Source: Tubulanus polymorphus
Lineage: Eukaryota; Animalia; Nemertea
Direction: 5' to 3'
DNA: 64,000 bases
Assembly (NCBI RefSeq): GCF_964204645.1
Contig: NC_134030.1
Span: 22,776,210 to 22,840,209, forward strand
Shown here: piece after piece, positions 63,810 through 64,000 of the stretch
Layout of the letters: every line of letters starts with the position of its first letter
Position numbering within the stretch: position 1 is the first letter of the stretch
The notes under the pieces: generated by a model
The model's database searches: none
Told to the model about the DNA's origin: nothing
What the model saw: only the letters and a program-made list of their open reading frames with translations
Program-made: the position numbers and the translations under genes

Positions 63810-63976
63810 CAGCAGTGATAGACAGTCTGACAGCAGCAGTAATAGACAGTCTGACAGCAGCAGTGATAGACAGTCTGACAGCAGCAGTAATAGACAGTCT
63901 GACAGCAGCAGTAATAGACAGTCTGACAGCAGCAGTAATAGACAGTCTGACAGCAGCAGTGCTAGACAGTCTGACA
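63810..63976. repeat. 24 bp minisatellite (cagcagtaatagacagtctgacag)
   Basis: About 7 copies. Explains the LLLLSDC ORF. Confidence 0.9.
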
Positions 63977-64000
63977 CTACTAGTAGTGATTCTATATCAT

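Noticed and set aside
57104-63977. Repeat-peptide ORFs (KLLTR, VVTGDQSG / HLTGHQLP, LLLLSDC) and the ORFs at 2754-3267
   Set aside because: They are translations of minisatellites with no gene context.

Overview
AT-rich, intron-containing animal genomic DNA, most likely a marine invertebrate (taxon not determinable here). The window is a head-to-tail tandem array of a ~30 kb two-gene unit on the + strand: [3' end of B0] - A1 (4573-10692) - B1 (14133-~31982) - A2 (34775-38849) - B2 (41519-59294). I built all gene models by hand from AG/GT sites, exon phase and comparison of the duplicated units; none has transcript support. Type A genes encode signal peptide, basic propeptide, one Ig-like domain, TM helix, and one large cytoplasmic exon carrying tandem tyrosine motifs (19 YM[D/N][M/V/L] in A1; 19 YxxM plus a terminal ITIM-like VTYINL in A2). 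Type B genes encode signal peptide, 3-4 Ig-like domains, a TM helix with GxxxG, a Cys-rich juxtamembrane region, and a long cytoplasmic region (~800 aa in B1) built from ~46 small exons that are all phase 1-1 and multiples of 3. The single Ig domain of A is a paralog of domain 3 of B2, and the Ig exons differ between copies in short hypervariable patches. This looks like a fast-evolving paired Ig-receptor (immune/allorecognition-like) cluster that I do not recognise. Introns and spacers hold minisatellites (one multiplies a splice acceptor 7x and 24x), LINE and Penelope-like fragments with minimal hammerhead motifs, MITEs, and an orphan LRR exon.
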